38,487 bases of DNA from Myxococcota bacterium (GTDB lineage: Bacteria; Myxococcota_A; Polyangia; Polyangiales; Houyiibacteriaceae), in contig JBCCRV010000002.1 of NCBI GenBank assembly GCA_039201085.1, positions 1 through 38,487 of the forward strand, read 5' to 3'. Made by a program: the position numbers and the translations under genes. This document shows, one piece after another, positions 9,342-17,786 of this stretch (position 1 is its first letter; the number at the start of each line of letters is the position of its first letter). Below the pieces are notes generated by a model that was not told where the DNA came from, made no database searches, and saw only the letters and a program-made list of their open reading frames with translations.

Positions 9342-9745
9342 CGTCGACTCCTTTGACCCGGACGCTGCCACGAACCGCGTACCGCGCCCGGCGCGCGACA
9401 TGTAAGGCAAAGCCGCAGCAACGCCACGCTTGAGCGCATTTCTGCACACCAAATCAGGTGCGTACGACGATCAACGTCGGCTCAGTTCGGCACACGAAAC
9501 CCACCAAAGCTAGGAATTTCCCTTGGAACGGCCCTTGCGTTGCTCGGCGCGATGAACCGACTTCACTTCTTGACCGTGCTTTCCCTGCGGTGGCTTGATG
9601 GAATCACGCGTCTTCGTCGATGAAGCCACGGGCAGCACCACGGTTCTCGAAACCACCCTTACAAATCCGCCCGATCCAGACGCAACCTGCCCGCCCTGAT
9701 GTTCGAAGTCGCGGAGCGGCGCGCGGCAGCGCAACGCAACGCCGG

Positions 9746-11452
9746 CTACCACGCATCCACCGGACGTCCACCGCGCGCATGCGCGTCGCCCGCTCGCGTG
9801 AGCGCGGCGATAAGCGTTCGACGCGTCTCCGCCGGATCGATCACACCGTCGATCTCGAGGTAGCTCGCAACGGCCGTCGCCTTGCCGCGCTCGTAGAGCT
9901 GAGCGACGAGCCGGTCGAAGAGCGCCGTGCGCGCTTCGTCGCTTTCCGCCGCCGCGAGCTCGTTCTTGAAGCCCAGCCGAACGGCGCCCTCAAGGCCCAT
10001 CGCTCCGAGCTCACCTTGGGGCCACGCCACCGTGAGGTCGGGCCGGTGCAGGCTACCGCCGGCCATCGCCATCGCGCCCAACCCATACGCCTTTCGCAAG
10101 AGCACGCAGAGGAGCGGGGGCCGGAAGCGGGCGCCGGCCACAAAGAGCCGGCCCATGCGGCGCACCGCCGCCTCCGCCTCGCTGGACGGACCCACCATGA
10201 ACCCCGGCGTATCGCAAAGGGACACGGCGGGAAGACCAAACGCATCGAGCAGCTGGAGGAAACGAGCGGCCTTCGATGCAGCGGCAGCGTCCAGGGCGCC
10301 GCCCAGCGAACGCGTGTCGTTGGCAAGCACGCCGACGGGGCGGCCTTCGAGGCGCGCAAACCCCGTGACGACGGAGCGACCCCAGCCGGCCCGGAGCTCC
10401 AAGAAGCTTCCCTCGTCAAACAAGCGATCAAGGATCGGTCGGACCTTGTAGCTATAGCGGCGGTCCTCCGGCAGCGCGTCGCAAAGGGGTACCTGATCGG
10501 CGGCGGTCCAGGAAGTCTGCGTGCCCTGAAAATACCCGAGCAGCTGCTTGGCGACGCGCGTCGCCGACGCTTCGTCCTTCACGAGAACATCAAGCGCGCC
10601 GCTCTGAAACTGTTCGACGGCGGGCCCGATCGCCGTGGGCGCAAACGTTCCCAAACCGCCCCCCTCGATCATCGCTGGGCCTGCCATGCCGATCCAAGAC
10701 GACTCGGTGGCGACGGTGATGTCGGCGCAGCCAAAGAGCGCAGCGTTGCCGGCAAAGCAGTAGCCATTGGCGACGGCGATACGCGGAACCACGCCGCTAA
10801 GCCCCGCCCACATCGCGAAGGTGGGCACCATCAAACCCGTGGGCGCCACCTTCACGTCGACGTCGCCAGGCCGGCCTCCGCCGCCTTCGACATACATCAC
10901 AACGGGAAGCGAGCGCCGCTCCGCGAGCGTAAGCATCCGGTCGATCTTCGCGTGGTGAAAGTACCCCTGCGTTCCCGCGAGCACCGTGTAGTCGTTGACG
11001 ATGACGGCTGCGCGGGCGGCGTCCTCGCCAAAGACCTCCGCGCCGATCGTGGCGAGTCCCGTAAGGACGCCGTCCGCCGGCGTCTGCGCGCGAAGCTCCG
11101 CCTCCGAGCGCCGCTCACGCTGAGCCGCCACGGCGGCGCGCCCGTACTCGACGAACGAGCCCTCGTCGACGAGGTCGGCCAGGTTCTCCCGCGCGGTGCG
11201 GTAGCCCTTCTTGCGGCGGCGGGCGACGGCCTCGGGGCGGGCCTCATCCTCCGCCAAGCGATCGAGCGCCTGCCATTCCTTAAGGGGATCGTGGTGTTCG
11301 TTCGTTGGCACGTCGACGTTTACAGGGGAGGGGGCGGAGGAACTCGAGAAGATCCGTACGGCTTTGGGGGGAGGTTCGAGGACGTATTCGGCCCCATCAT
11401 GCCCCGCATTCGAGGTGCCGGGAAGCGCCGTATCAAACTCATGGCCATTCAC
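9746..11452 (-). CDS. acyl-CoA carboxylase carboxyltransferase (beta) subunit family protein
   Basis: Both carboxyltransferase halves are recognisable: NDYTVLAGTQGYFHHAKIDR...VMYVEGGGGRPGD and RLEGRPVGVLAND...GALDAAAASKAARFLQLLDAFGLPAVSLCDTPGFMVG. The listed start is a GTG, so the N-terminus is uncertain. Confidence 0.85.
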   Translation of the reverse strand: MNGHEFDTALPGTSNAGHDGAEYVLEPPPKAVRIFSSSSAPSPVNVDVPTNEHHDPLKEWQALDRLAEDEARPEAVARRRKKGYRTARENLADLVDEGSFVEYGRAAVAAQRERRSEAELRAQTPADGVLTGLATIGAEVFGEDAARAAVIVNDYTVLAGTQGYFHHAKIDRMLTLAERRSLPVVMYVEGGGGRPGDVDVKVAPTGLMVPTFAMWAGLSGVVPRIAVANGYCFAGNAALFGCADITVATESSWIGMAGPAMIEGGGLGTFAPTAIGPAVEQFQSGALDVLVKDEASATRVAKQLLGYFQGTQTSWTAADQVPLCDALPEDRRYSYKVRPILDRLFDEGSFLELRAGWGRSVVTGFARLEGRPVGVLANDTRSLGGALDAAAASKAARFLQLLDAFGLPAVSLCDTPGFMVGPSSEAEAAVRRMGRLFVAGARFRPPLLCVLLRKAYGLGAMAMAGGSLHRPDLTVAWPQGELGAMGLEGAVRLGFKNELAAAESDEARTALFDRLVAQLYERGKATAVASYLEIDGVIDPAETRRTLIAALTRAGDAHARGGRPVDAW

Positions 11453-11769
11453 TTCGCCGATTGCGCCAAATCAAGAATTAGGGACGCCAATAGCCATGTT
11501 CGACGAGCCGTTGGGGCCTCGTGTCTTCCGCGCCGGCCGATCACGGAGCCATCAACAAGGTCGAAGCGACTGCGCAGCGTGGTCAGAAAAAATCCCCACG
11601 AAACGGCCCCAGGTTTGGAAAACCTAAGGGCGCGCGCCGACAAACGCGAGCATCCGGTGACCCAACGTGTATGACTATCGACGTCGCCCCATGCGAGCAC
11701 CGAGCGCCCTCGTTCGCCACCCCTGTCCCTCACAGTCCGCGCACGGCGCGTCCATCTGGAGAACGCACG

Positions 11770-12669
11770 ATGATCCCACGCTCCTTCCTCTGCTCCATCT
11801 TCGGCGCGCTGCTCCTTTCGAGCCAACTCGCAAGCGCCGATACCGCGTGCGACTTCAGCAATACGGACGCAGAAGTGCCCCGATGCATCGACCACAGCGA
11901 ATGTCCCAACGACGGCGTGTGTTTCGAAAGCGCCTGCAGTTGCGCCGCTTCCTGCGACGAAATCGGTGCGGTCGAGATCTGCTCCCCACGCGGCTGCGAG
12001 TGCCACGGCACGGACGGCGGCGTCGTGGACCCGATCTTTCGATGCGCGGACCACAGCGACTGTCTTCGCGGCCAGCTTTGCTATGAATCGGTCTGCGCCG
12101 ACCTCTCCAGCTGCGCCGAACGAGGGGGCGAGGAGATGTGCTTTCCGAGTGGTTGCCGGTGCTTCAACATCGACGGAGGCACGGCGGATGGCGGCACGGG
12201 CCGGCCACCGGCGTGCGGCTTCGACGGGGACTGCCGACGCGGCGAGCTATGCATCGACAATCGCTGCGTGCGCATGGGGGCGCCGCCCCCACTGGACGGA
12301 GGAGCGTCGTGCTTCTTCGACGCGGATTGCGGCCCGGGGGCATTCTGCGACGAGGGTGCATGCCGGCCGCTCCGCGACGCCGGCATCGCGATCGATATGA
12401 GCCTCGAGTGCGCGTCCTCTGCGGACTGCGCTTCCGGTCAATCGTGCGTCGCCGGCGTGTGCGTTCGCCCAGCGGACGGCAGCGCACCGCGAAGCTGCCG
12501 AGTCCCCACGGACTGCCGGCGAAACGAGGTCTGCATCGACTCGGCCTGCACCGCCATCAGCGTCGTGGAAGGCGGCCGCTCCAGCGGATGCAGTGCAAGC
12601 AGCGAAGGACGGGGCTTGGCATTCGCCGGCCTCCTGGCGCTTTTGGTCATTGGGCGTCGCCGTCGCTAG
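11770..12669 (+). CDS. secreted Cys-rich repeat protein with MYXO-CTERM-type C-terminal sorting tag
   Basis: ATG at 11770 with GGAG upstream. Signal peptide MIPRSFLCSIFGALLLSSQLASA. At least 6 repeats of C-x2-3-D/S-x-D/E-C-x3-G-x2-C-x4-5-C, for example RCIDHSECPNDGVCFESAC and SCFFDADCGPGAFCDEGAC. The C-terminus GCSASSEGRGLAFAGLLALLVIGRRRR has the Cys, hydrophobic stretch and Arg cluster of a MYXO-CTERM tag. Confidence 0.8.
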   Translation: MIPRSFLCSIFGALLLSSQLASADTACDFSNTDAEVPRCIDHSECPNDGVCFESACSCAASCDEIGAVEICSPRGCECHGTDGGVVDPIFRCADHSDCLRGQLCYESVCADLSSCAERGGEEMCFPSGCRCFNIDGGTADGGTGRPPACGFDGDCRRGELCIDNRCVRMGAPPPLDGGASCFFDADCGPGAFCDEGACRPLRDAGIAIDMSLECASSADCASGQSCVAGVCVRPADGSAPRSCRVPTDCRRNEVCIDSACTAISVVEGGRSSGCSASSEGRGLAFAGLLALLVIGRRRR

Positions 12670-12684
12670 CGTCCCGACCCAGAC

Positions 12685-13116
12685 GTGTGCGCCACACGGG
12701 TGGACGACGACGACCCGAACGAAACACCCTATCTCCTCTGCCCGGCGGAGCGAAGGTTCGCTCTCGCACTGCGCACCGTCGGATCGGGCCGGGCATCGAT
12801 CGACGTCATCACGCCTTCAGGCGACCGACACCCGTTGCGTTTTGCCGACGCCGTGACGCTGCGCATGATGGAGATCGACCGGGAGGTCCGATGGCAAAGC
12901 AGACCGAACGGAGGCTCGTCCAGTACGTTCGTCGCGCGAGTGCACGAGCACGGCGACGACAGCGAGCCAAGCCCGCGTACCCGCACATGGCACATGCTCG
13001 CGCGTGTATCGGAAGGAGCCAGCTGCATTGTCGCCAAGTCTGAGTCCGAGCCCTTCATCAATGCTGCGCTCGAAAACGTCGAAACGATGTCGTGTTTGCC
13101 TACGCGAAGCGATTAA
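12685..13116 (+). CDS. hypothetical protein, possibly co-transcribed with the preceding gene
   Basis: GTG start 15 nt after the upstream stop. Composition looks coding. I recognised no motif. Confidence 0.4.
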   Translation: MCATRVDDDDPNETPYLLCPAERRFALALRTVGSGRASIDVITPSGDRHPLRFADAVTLRMMEIDREVRWQSRPNGGSSSTFVARVHEHGDDSEPSPRTRTWHMLARVSEGASCIVAKSESEPFINAALENVETMSCLPTRSD

Positions 13117-13181
13117 GCCGAAACGGGCTGAGCGTGAGGGTAGAACACAGGATTGCCCGCAGGCGCCTCCGGCATTCGCGT

Positions 13182-14186
13182 TCAGTTCCAGTCGCGGCGG
13201 ACCAGGCACGCGGCGCCCTGATAGTGACTGGCCACCATCCACGGATTTGAACCGCCGCGCTTGATCTTCGAGTTGCTTTGAACCGGCTTTCCTCGAAGTG
13301 CGGAGCACGTATAGCCGTAGGCCCCAGCCATCGGCGGGGACATCTCACGCGGGATCGCCGTCCAATCGATCGGTTCGCCTTCGTACGCGGAACGGCATTC
13401 GAAACGCGCGACTCCGTCCTCACCTAGGACGCACTCAAACCAGCTGCAGGGTCCGCAATGGGCGTACGCCTCGACGCCGATGAGCTCGCCTTCGTCCGAA
13501 ACGGTTCCGTAGCGGTTGTTCACCTGAAGGCAGCTGCCCACGCCCATCTGGGAGAATGAAATCACGCCGAGCATCGCTCGGCCATCACAGAACGGCGGCG
13601 GACCTTCGACGTCACATACGCGAGCTTCGCTTGGAAGCACCTCCTCGCCCACGCGCACACAGGAGCGAATCGAACCGCGTTCGTCGCAGCGCTCGACGTC
13701 GTTCTCCCGCGTGCACGGGTTCTCCGCGCCGCAGGACCCGTCCTGCTGGCAGTAGTCCGCGCCCGCGCACGATTCGGCCGGCTGCCAACGCACACATCCG
13801 GTCCCATCGTCGCGGCATTCCTCGCGGGCGACATCCGACAGGCAGCGCAGCGCTCCTTCCGAACAGCCTCCGCAGGCGCCCTCGACGGGAAGTCCGGGGT
13901 CGGGCGTTCCGTCGGCCACCCAAGCAAACCCACGGCCTTCGGGGGGCCGTGGTCGGCCAACGGGCGGCGGCGCCGATGCGTCCGCGCTCGGCGGCGAAGT
14001 CTCGCCCGTCGCCGCGTCGTCCAGGCCGCGCTCGTCGCCTGCGTCCGCCGGCAACACGGCCCGCGCATCGGGCTCAACCACGACCCCGCTATCCGCCGCC
14101 GGACTCTCCGTATCCGCAGCACATGCACTGGCCACCAGCGCCAATGCGCAACAGCGCATGGCTACAACCCCTCGCAATCGCGTCAT
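13182..14186 (-). CDS. Cys-rich lipoprotein, unknown function
   Basis: Lipobox LVASAC within MRCCALALVASACAADTE. An acidic and Pro-rich linker follows, then a body rich in Cys. Alternative ATG at 14159. Confidence 0.7.
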   Translation of the reverse strand: MTRLRGVVAMRCCALALVASACAADTESPAADSGVVVEPDARAVLPADAGDERGLDDAATGETSPPSADASAPPPVGRPRPPEGRGFAWVADGTPDPGLPVEGACGGCSEGALRCLSDVAREECRDDGTGCVRWQPAESCAGADYCQQDGSCGAENPCTRENDVERCDERGSIRSCVRVGEEVLPSEARVCDVEGPPPFCDGRAMLGVISFSQMGVGSCLQVNNRYGTVSDEGELIGVEAYAHCGPCSWFECVLGEDGVARFECRSAYEGEPIDWTAIPREMSPPMAGAYGYTCSALRGKPVQSNSKIKRGGSNPWMVASHYQGAACLVRRDWN

Positions 14187-14242
14187 CGGAACGAAGGACG
14201 TTCGACGGGCGGGCGACGGACCAGTTTTCGCTCACCTCAGGC

Positions 14243-16117
14243 TCAACGAAGGGGCGGAAGGTCGCTCAGGTCCACACCGACGGGGAGGGCGCGGTCAATC
14301 GTGGTGGTGTCGCCGAGTTGGCCGAACGCGTTCGCGCCCCAGCAGGCTACGCCGCCGTTTGCTGGAAGCGCGCAGGTATGAACGCCGTCGTTCGGACTCG
14401 GTCCGATGATCACATCCGCAAAGCCCGATGAGAGCGCGCCGACGGGACCGATCACGGCGGCAGGAACGGCCGCCGCGTAGCTGTCGCCCGAGCGCGGCAC
14501 CGCGGACCCGGCCTGACCGCCCCGAGCGCGGCCCCAAACCAAGGTTTGCCCGCCGACGACGGAGGCAAAGTTCGTTTGATGCCCGGGCCAAAGGGCGTCG
14601 ACCATGTCGAGGTTGACCGTGCTCTCCCCATCGGCTCGCTGGGCCGGCCCCGGCGTTGCGATATCCGCGGGCCCCGAACGCGCCGACTCGCCGTTGCCCG
14701 TATTGCCCCAGCTGAGCACCCGGCCGTCGGCGGTGAGCGCGAAGGAAGCGGACGTCGATGCTGCGATGGCAACGACGCTCGTACCGACTTCGAAGGGAAC
14801 GGTGACCAAGAAGTTCGAGGTACCGTTTCCGCCGGCGTCAACGCCACCGTTGGGGCCGCACTGAAAGTCCGCGTTGCTTCCCCAGCAGTACACGCTCCCG
14901 TCGCTGCGGAGGGCGAGGTTGTGGTTCGCGCCCACGGCGATCTGTTGCACCTGAACCCCGTCCATCGGAAAGGGCACGGGGTACGTCACGTCATCAAAGC
15001 CAACCTCCGTGCCGCCGAGCTGCGAAAGCTGATTGCGGCCCCAGCAGCTCACCGTACCGGTGCCGAGGGCGCACGCGTGATGAAGGCCCGTGTCCACCAC
15101 TTCCACCGATGAGAGAAACCCCACGTCATCAGCGGCGCTTCGAAAGGGCGTCGCGTCCGGGGCGACGCCAATCTGCCCAAACTCGTTGCGTCCCCAGCAC
15201 CGAAGGAGACCGCCCACGGAAACGCCGCACGTGAAGTCGGCGAAGGAGGATATGGACGCGTAGTTTTCCGACACGAAGTCAAAGGCATTCCGAATGGGTA
15301 ACGACGGCGTCGACCGTCGCGTTGTCGTACCGTCGCCGAGCTGTCCGTCGTCGTTGTTGCCCCAGCAGTAGACGAGCCGATCGGAACGAAGCACGCAGGA
15401 ATGGGACGTACCCACCGCCACATCAAGGAAGGCTTCCCCTCCGCCGGCGTCCACGAGACCAATGTCGCTGGGCGATCCATCCGGCATCGCATCGGCGCTC
15501 ATGTCGATTCCGTCGTCGCCGTCCGTACCCGCATCCATGCCTTCGTCCACGCCCGCGTCCAGTGGGCCGGCTTCGGGCATCGACATGTCGGTAGGCTCCG
15601 TGTCCGGAATGCACGCAGGAGGCACCGCGCCGCCGAGAAACACCATGTCCCGAACGCGAACCGGTCCCGCGTTGCACCCCGTCGGCCCGCAGAAACCCTC
15701 GGCGCCGCACCCCGCGCGAACGCACTCGTCGGACAGGATCGCGCGAAGGATGTCGCGGTCTTCAAGACGGTCGCGATCGACCGAAAGCGCCACCGCCGTA
15801 ATTCGCTCGTCGTTCGGTCCAAACAACGTGAAGGTCACGGTGAACCGCCGGCTGCTGGTCACGTTCTGGGTGAACGCATCGTCGAGCAGCACATCCGCTA
15901 CGAAGCTTCGGTCGCTGGGAAGGAGTGGACGCCGCTCCGGATCGACGGGTGACCCGGTTTCCACCTCATACTCGATGAGCACCTCCACGGTTCGTTCACG
16001 GACGCCGCACTCCGCATCGACGACGATGCGCGCTTCGGAGAGTCCCCCCAAGCTGTCGCACGCCGTCGCCACCGAAAGCACGAGAGCGATCGCAACCCAC
16101 CGCATATCGATATGCAT
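14243..16117 (-). CDS. RCC1-repeat (beta-propeller) lipoprotein
   Basis: Lipobox SVATAC. Seven RCC1-like blades with the signature CWGNNDDGQLGDG, CWGRNEFGQIG, CWGRNQLSQLG, CWGSNADFQCG, SWGNTGNGES, VWGRARGGQAG and CWGANAFGQLGD. Alternative ATG at 16105. Confidence 0.85.
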   Translation of the reverse strand: MHIDMRWVAIALVLSVATACDSLGGLSEARIVVDAECGVRERTVEVLIEYEVETGSPVDPERRPLLPSDRSFVADVLLDDAFTQNVTSSRRFTVTFTLFGPNDERITAVALSVDRDRLEDRDILRAILSDECVRAGCGAEGFCGPTGCNAGPVRVRDMVFLGGAVPPACIPDTEPTDMSMPEAGPLDAGVDEGMDAGTDGDDGIDMSADAMPDGSPSDIGLVDAGGGEAFLDVAVGTSHSCVLRSDRLVYCWGNNDDGQLGDGTTTRRSTPSLPIRNAFDFVSENYASISSFADFTCGVSVGGLLRCWGRNEFGQIGVAPDATPFRSAADDVGFLSSVEVVDTGLHHACALGTGTVSCWGRNQLSQLGGTEVGFDDVTYPVPFPMDGVQVQQIAVGANHNLALRSDGSVYCWGSNADFQCGPNGGVDAGGNGTSNFLVTVPFEVGTSVVAIAASTSASFALTADGRVLSWGNTGNGESARSGPADIATPGPAQRADGESTVNLDMVDALWPGHQTNFASVVGGQTLVWGRARGGQAGSAVPRSGDSYAAAVPAAVIGPVGALSSGFADVIIGPSPNDGVHTCALPANGGVACWGANAFGQLGDTTTIDRALPVGVDLSDLPPLR

Positions 16118-16393
16118 GGCGCCATCCTAGCAGCTGCCGACCCGCGGAAGTCGACGTATGTATCTTGAGCAGACCCCATAGCCAAGTGGGTGATCTCCAG
16201 TTCGATGCGCGCCGCGACTCGCCGGACTCCGCGTCGTGGTGCCTCGTCGCGGCGTCGTCCCGACGAAGGCAGCGCGCTCGTGCCTGGCCGCACCGTTCCG
16301 CGAACCGATGACCGATTTGATGCGTGGGCAGGTCTGATTTGGCGACGCAGAGTCGAAGTTGAATCACCCCTCTCACCCCACCGTCAAACGCCC

Positions 16394-17686
16394 ATGAAAC
16401 ACGCTTACCTTTTACTTATTGCTCTTTGCGTCCCCTTTTCTTCGTCCAACGCTCGCGCCCAGCCAAGCGTACCGTACACGGACGAGCTCTCGGGCGGTCC
16501 CACCCTTGTCCGCGCGATGGAAGAAGCGCCGGGAGGCGGCTGGTTCGTGGCCGGTCGGACAAGAGCCAGGCTCGAGCCCCGCGCCGACGGCCTGGCGCCC
16601 TCCAGCGATGCGTTCGTCGCGCGACTCGACGCCCGCGGCCAGCTCGTCTGGGTGCGCCAGTGGGGCCACAACGATTTCGAAGAGTCCGCAAGCGGTCTGG
16701 TCGTCACGGACGACGAGCTGATCGTGGCGGTCGCAGAAAACGGCAACGGCGGCTTCTTTCAAGGCGTGCGACGCTACGGCTCGGCGATCGTTCATCTCGA
16801 TCATGACGGGTCGATTCAGCGCCACTTCCCCATTCGGGAGCTCGTGTCCGACATCGCGCGAGGACCTCGGGGAAGGCTCGCCATCTGTGGACGGCGCCTT
16901 CATCCGACGCGCCCGACGACGGACTTTGTCGTCTCCGTGTACTCACGCGCGGGGCGCCGCCAATGGACCTACAACACGCGAGCGCCCCGGTCCGACGAAA
17001 GCTGCGGAGCGATCGCCTGGCGCAACAACCAGATCGTGGCCGCTGGAAGCGTCGCCGCGCCGCGCGGCCGTGTGCAGGGGCGTTTTGCCCGGCGCATTCG
17101 AACGGACCGAGAGCCCAAGCTGGACGTTCGTTTGATGTCACGCCCCTTGTACGTCGTGTCCTTCAACCCTCGCGGGGGACGGCGCTGGTCTCGGATCTTT
17201 CAGGGCGCCGAGCACTACCCCGGAGACGTGGCGATCGGGCGCGGCGGCACCACGTGGATCACGTTCACCAACGAGCGAACACTGCCCACGCCGACCGGCA
17301 CCGAACCAAACTCAACGCATGCGTCGCTCGTGGCCTACGATTCACGGGGCGCCCTGCGCCTCGTGGAGCATCGACTCATGGAGTCCGGCCCCCGTGGCCG
17401 CGACGCCGTTCGGGCCAGCGATACGGGCGCCCTTTGGATGGTCTCCGTTGCCACCTCCATGTTTCCACCGCCGCCGAGCGCCGCTCCGCTCTCGCCCCGT
17501 GCGCTGCGCGCTCCCGCCGTGCTGGCCGTTTCGCTCGACGCGGAGCCGCGTGTCGCCGCAAGCGTGACCGGCGTCCGCTATCCCTCGGGCTTTGCATCCG
17601 GATCGACCGGGCTCGCGGTCGTGGGCCGAGGATGCCTGAACGATCGCTGCGGCTCGATGTTCGAGTCACTTCAGCCGATTCACTAG
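16394..17686 (+). CDS. secreted beta-propeller-like protein (SBBP-repeat-like)
   Basis: ATG at 16394. Signal peptide MKHAYLLLIALCVPFSSSNARA. DAFVARLDARGQLVWVRQWGHNDFEESASGLVV resembles the SBBP (PF06739) repeat. Confidence 0.6.
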   Translation: MKHAYLLLIALCVPFSSSNARAQPSVPYTDELSGGPTLVRAMEEAPGGGWFVAGRTRARLEPRADGLAPSSDAFVARLDARGQLVWVRQWGHNDFEESASGLVVTDDELIVAVAENGNGGFFQGVRRYGSAIVHLDHDGSIQRHFPIRELVSDIARGPRGRLAICGRRLHPTRPTTDFVVSVYSRAGRRQWTYNTRAPRSDESCGAIAWRNNQIVAAGSVAAPRGRVQGRFARRIRTDREPKLDVRLMSRPLYVVSFNPRGGRRWSRIFQGAEHYPGDVAIGRGGTTWITFTNERTLPTPTGTEPNSTHASLVAYDSRGALRLVEHRLMESGPRGRDAVRASDTGALWMVSVATSMFPPPPSAAPLSPRALRAPAVLAVSLDAEPRVAASVTGVRYPSGFASGSTGLAVVGRGCLNDRCGSMFESLQPIH

Positions 17687-17753
17687 GACGGAATCAACTC
17701 CCCAGGAGCTACGCCAAACGCATCGCAGGACATCGTCGGCTTCCGTAGAGCAT

Positions 17754-17786
17754 GCATGGGAGGGAGGTGTATGGTCCCTCCCATGC
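17754..17786 (+). promoter_or_regulatory. perfect 12-bp inverted repeat with a 9-nt loop, covering the SD-like GGGAGGGAGG and all three candidate start codons of the S9 peptidase
   Basis: GCATGGGAGGGA (17754-17765), GGTGTATGG (loop), TCCCTCCCATGC (17775-17786). In-frame ATGs are at 17756, 17771 and 17783. Confidence 0.7.

Noticed and set aside
9620-11674. 684-aa plus-strand ORF
   Set aside because: It is antisense to the well-supported carboxyltransferase gene. Its Arg/Gly/Ala/Pro-rich composition is typical of shadow ORFs in high-GC DNA, and it has no motifs.
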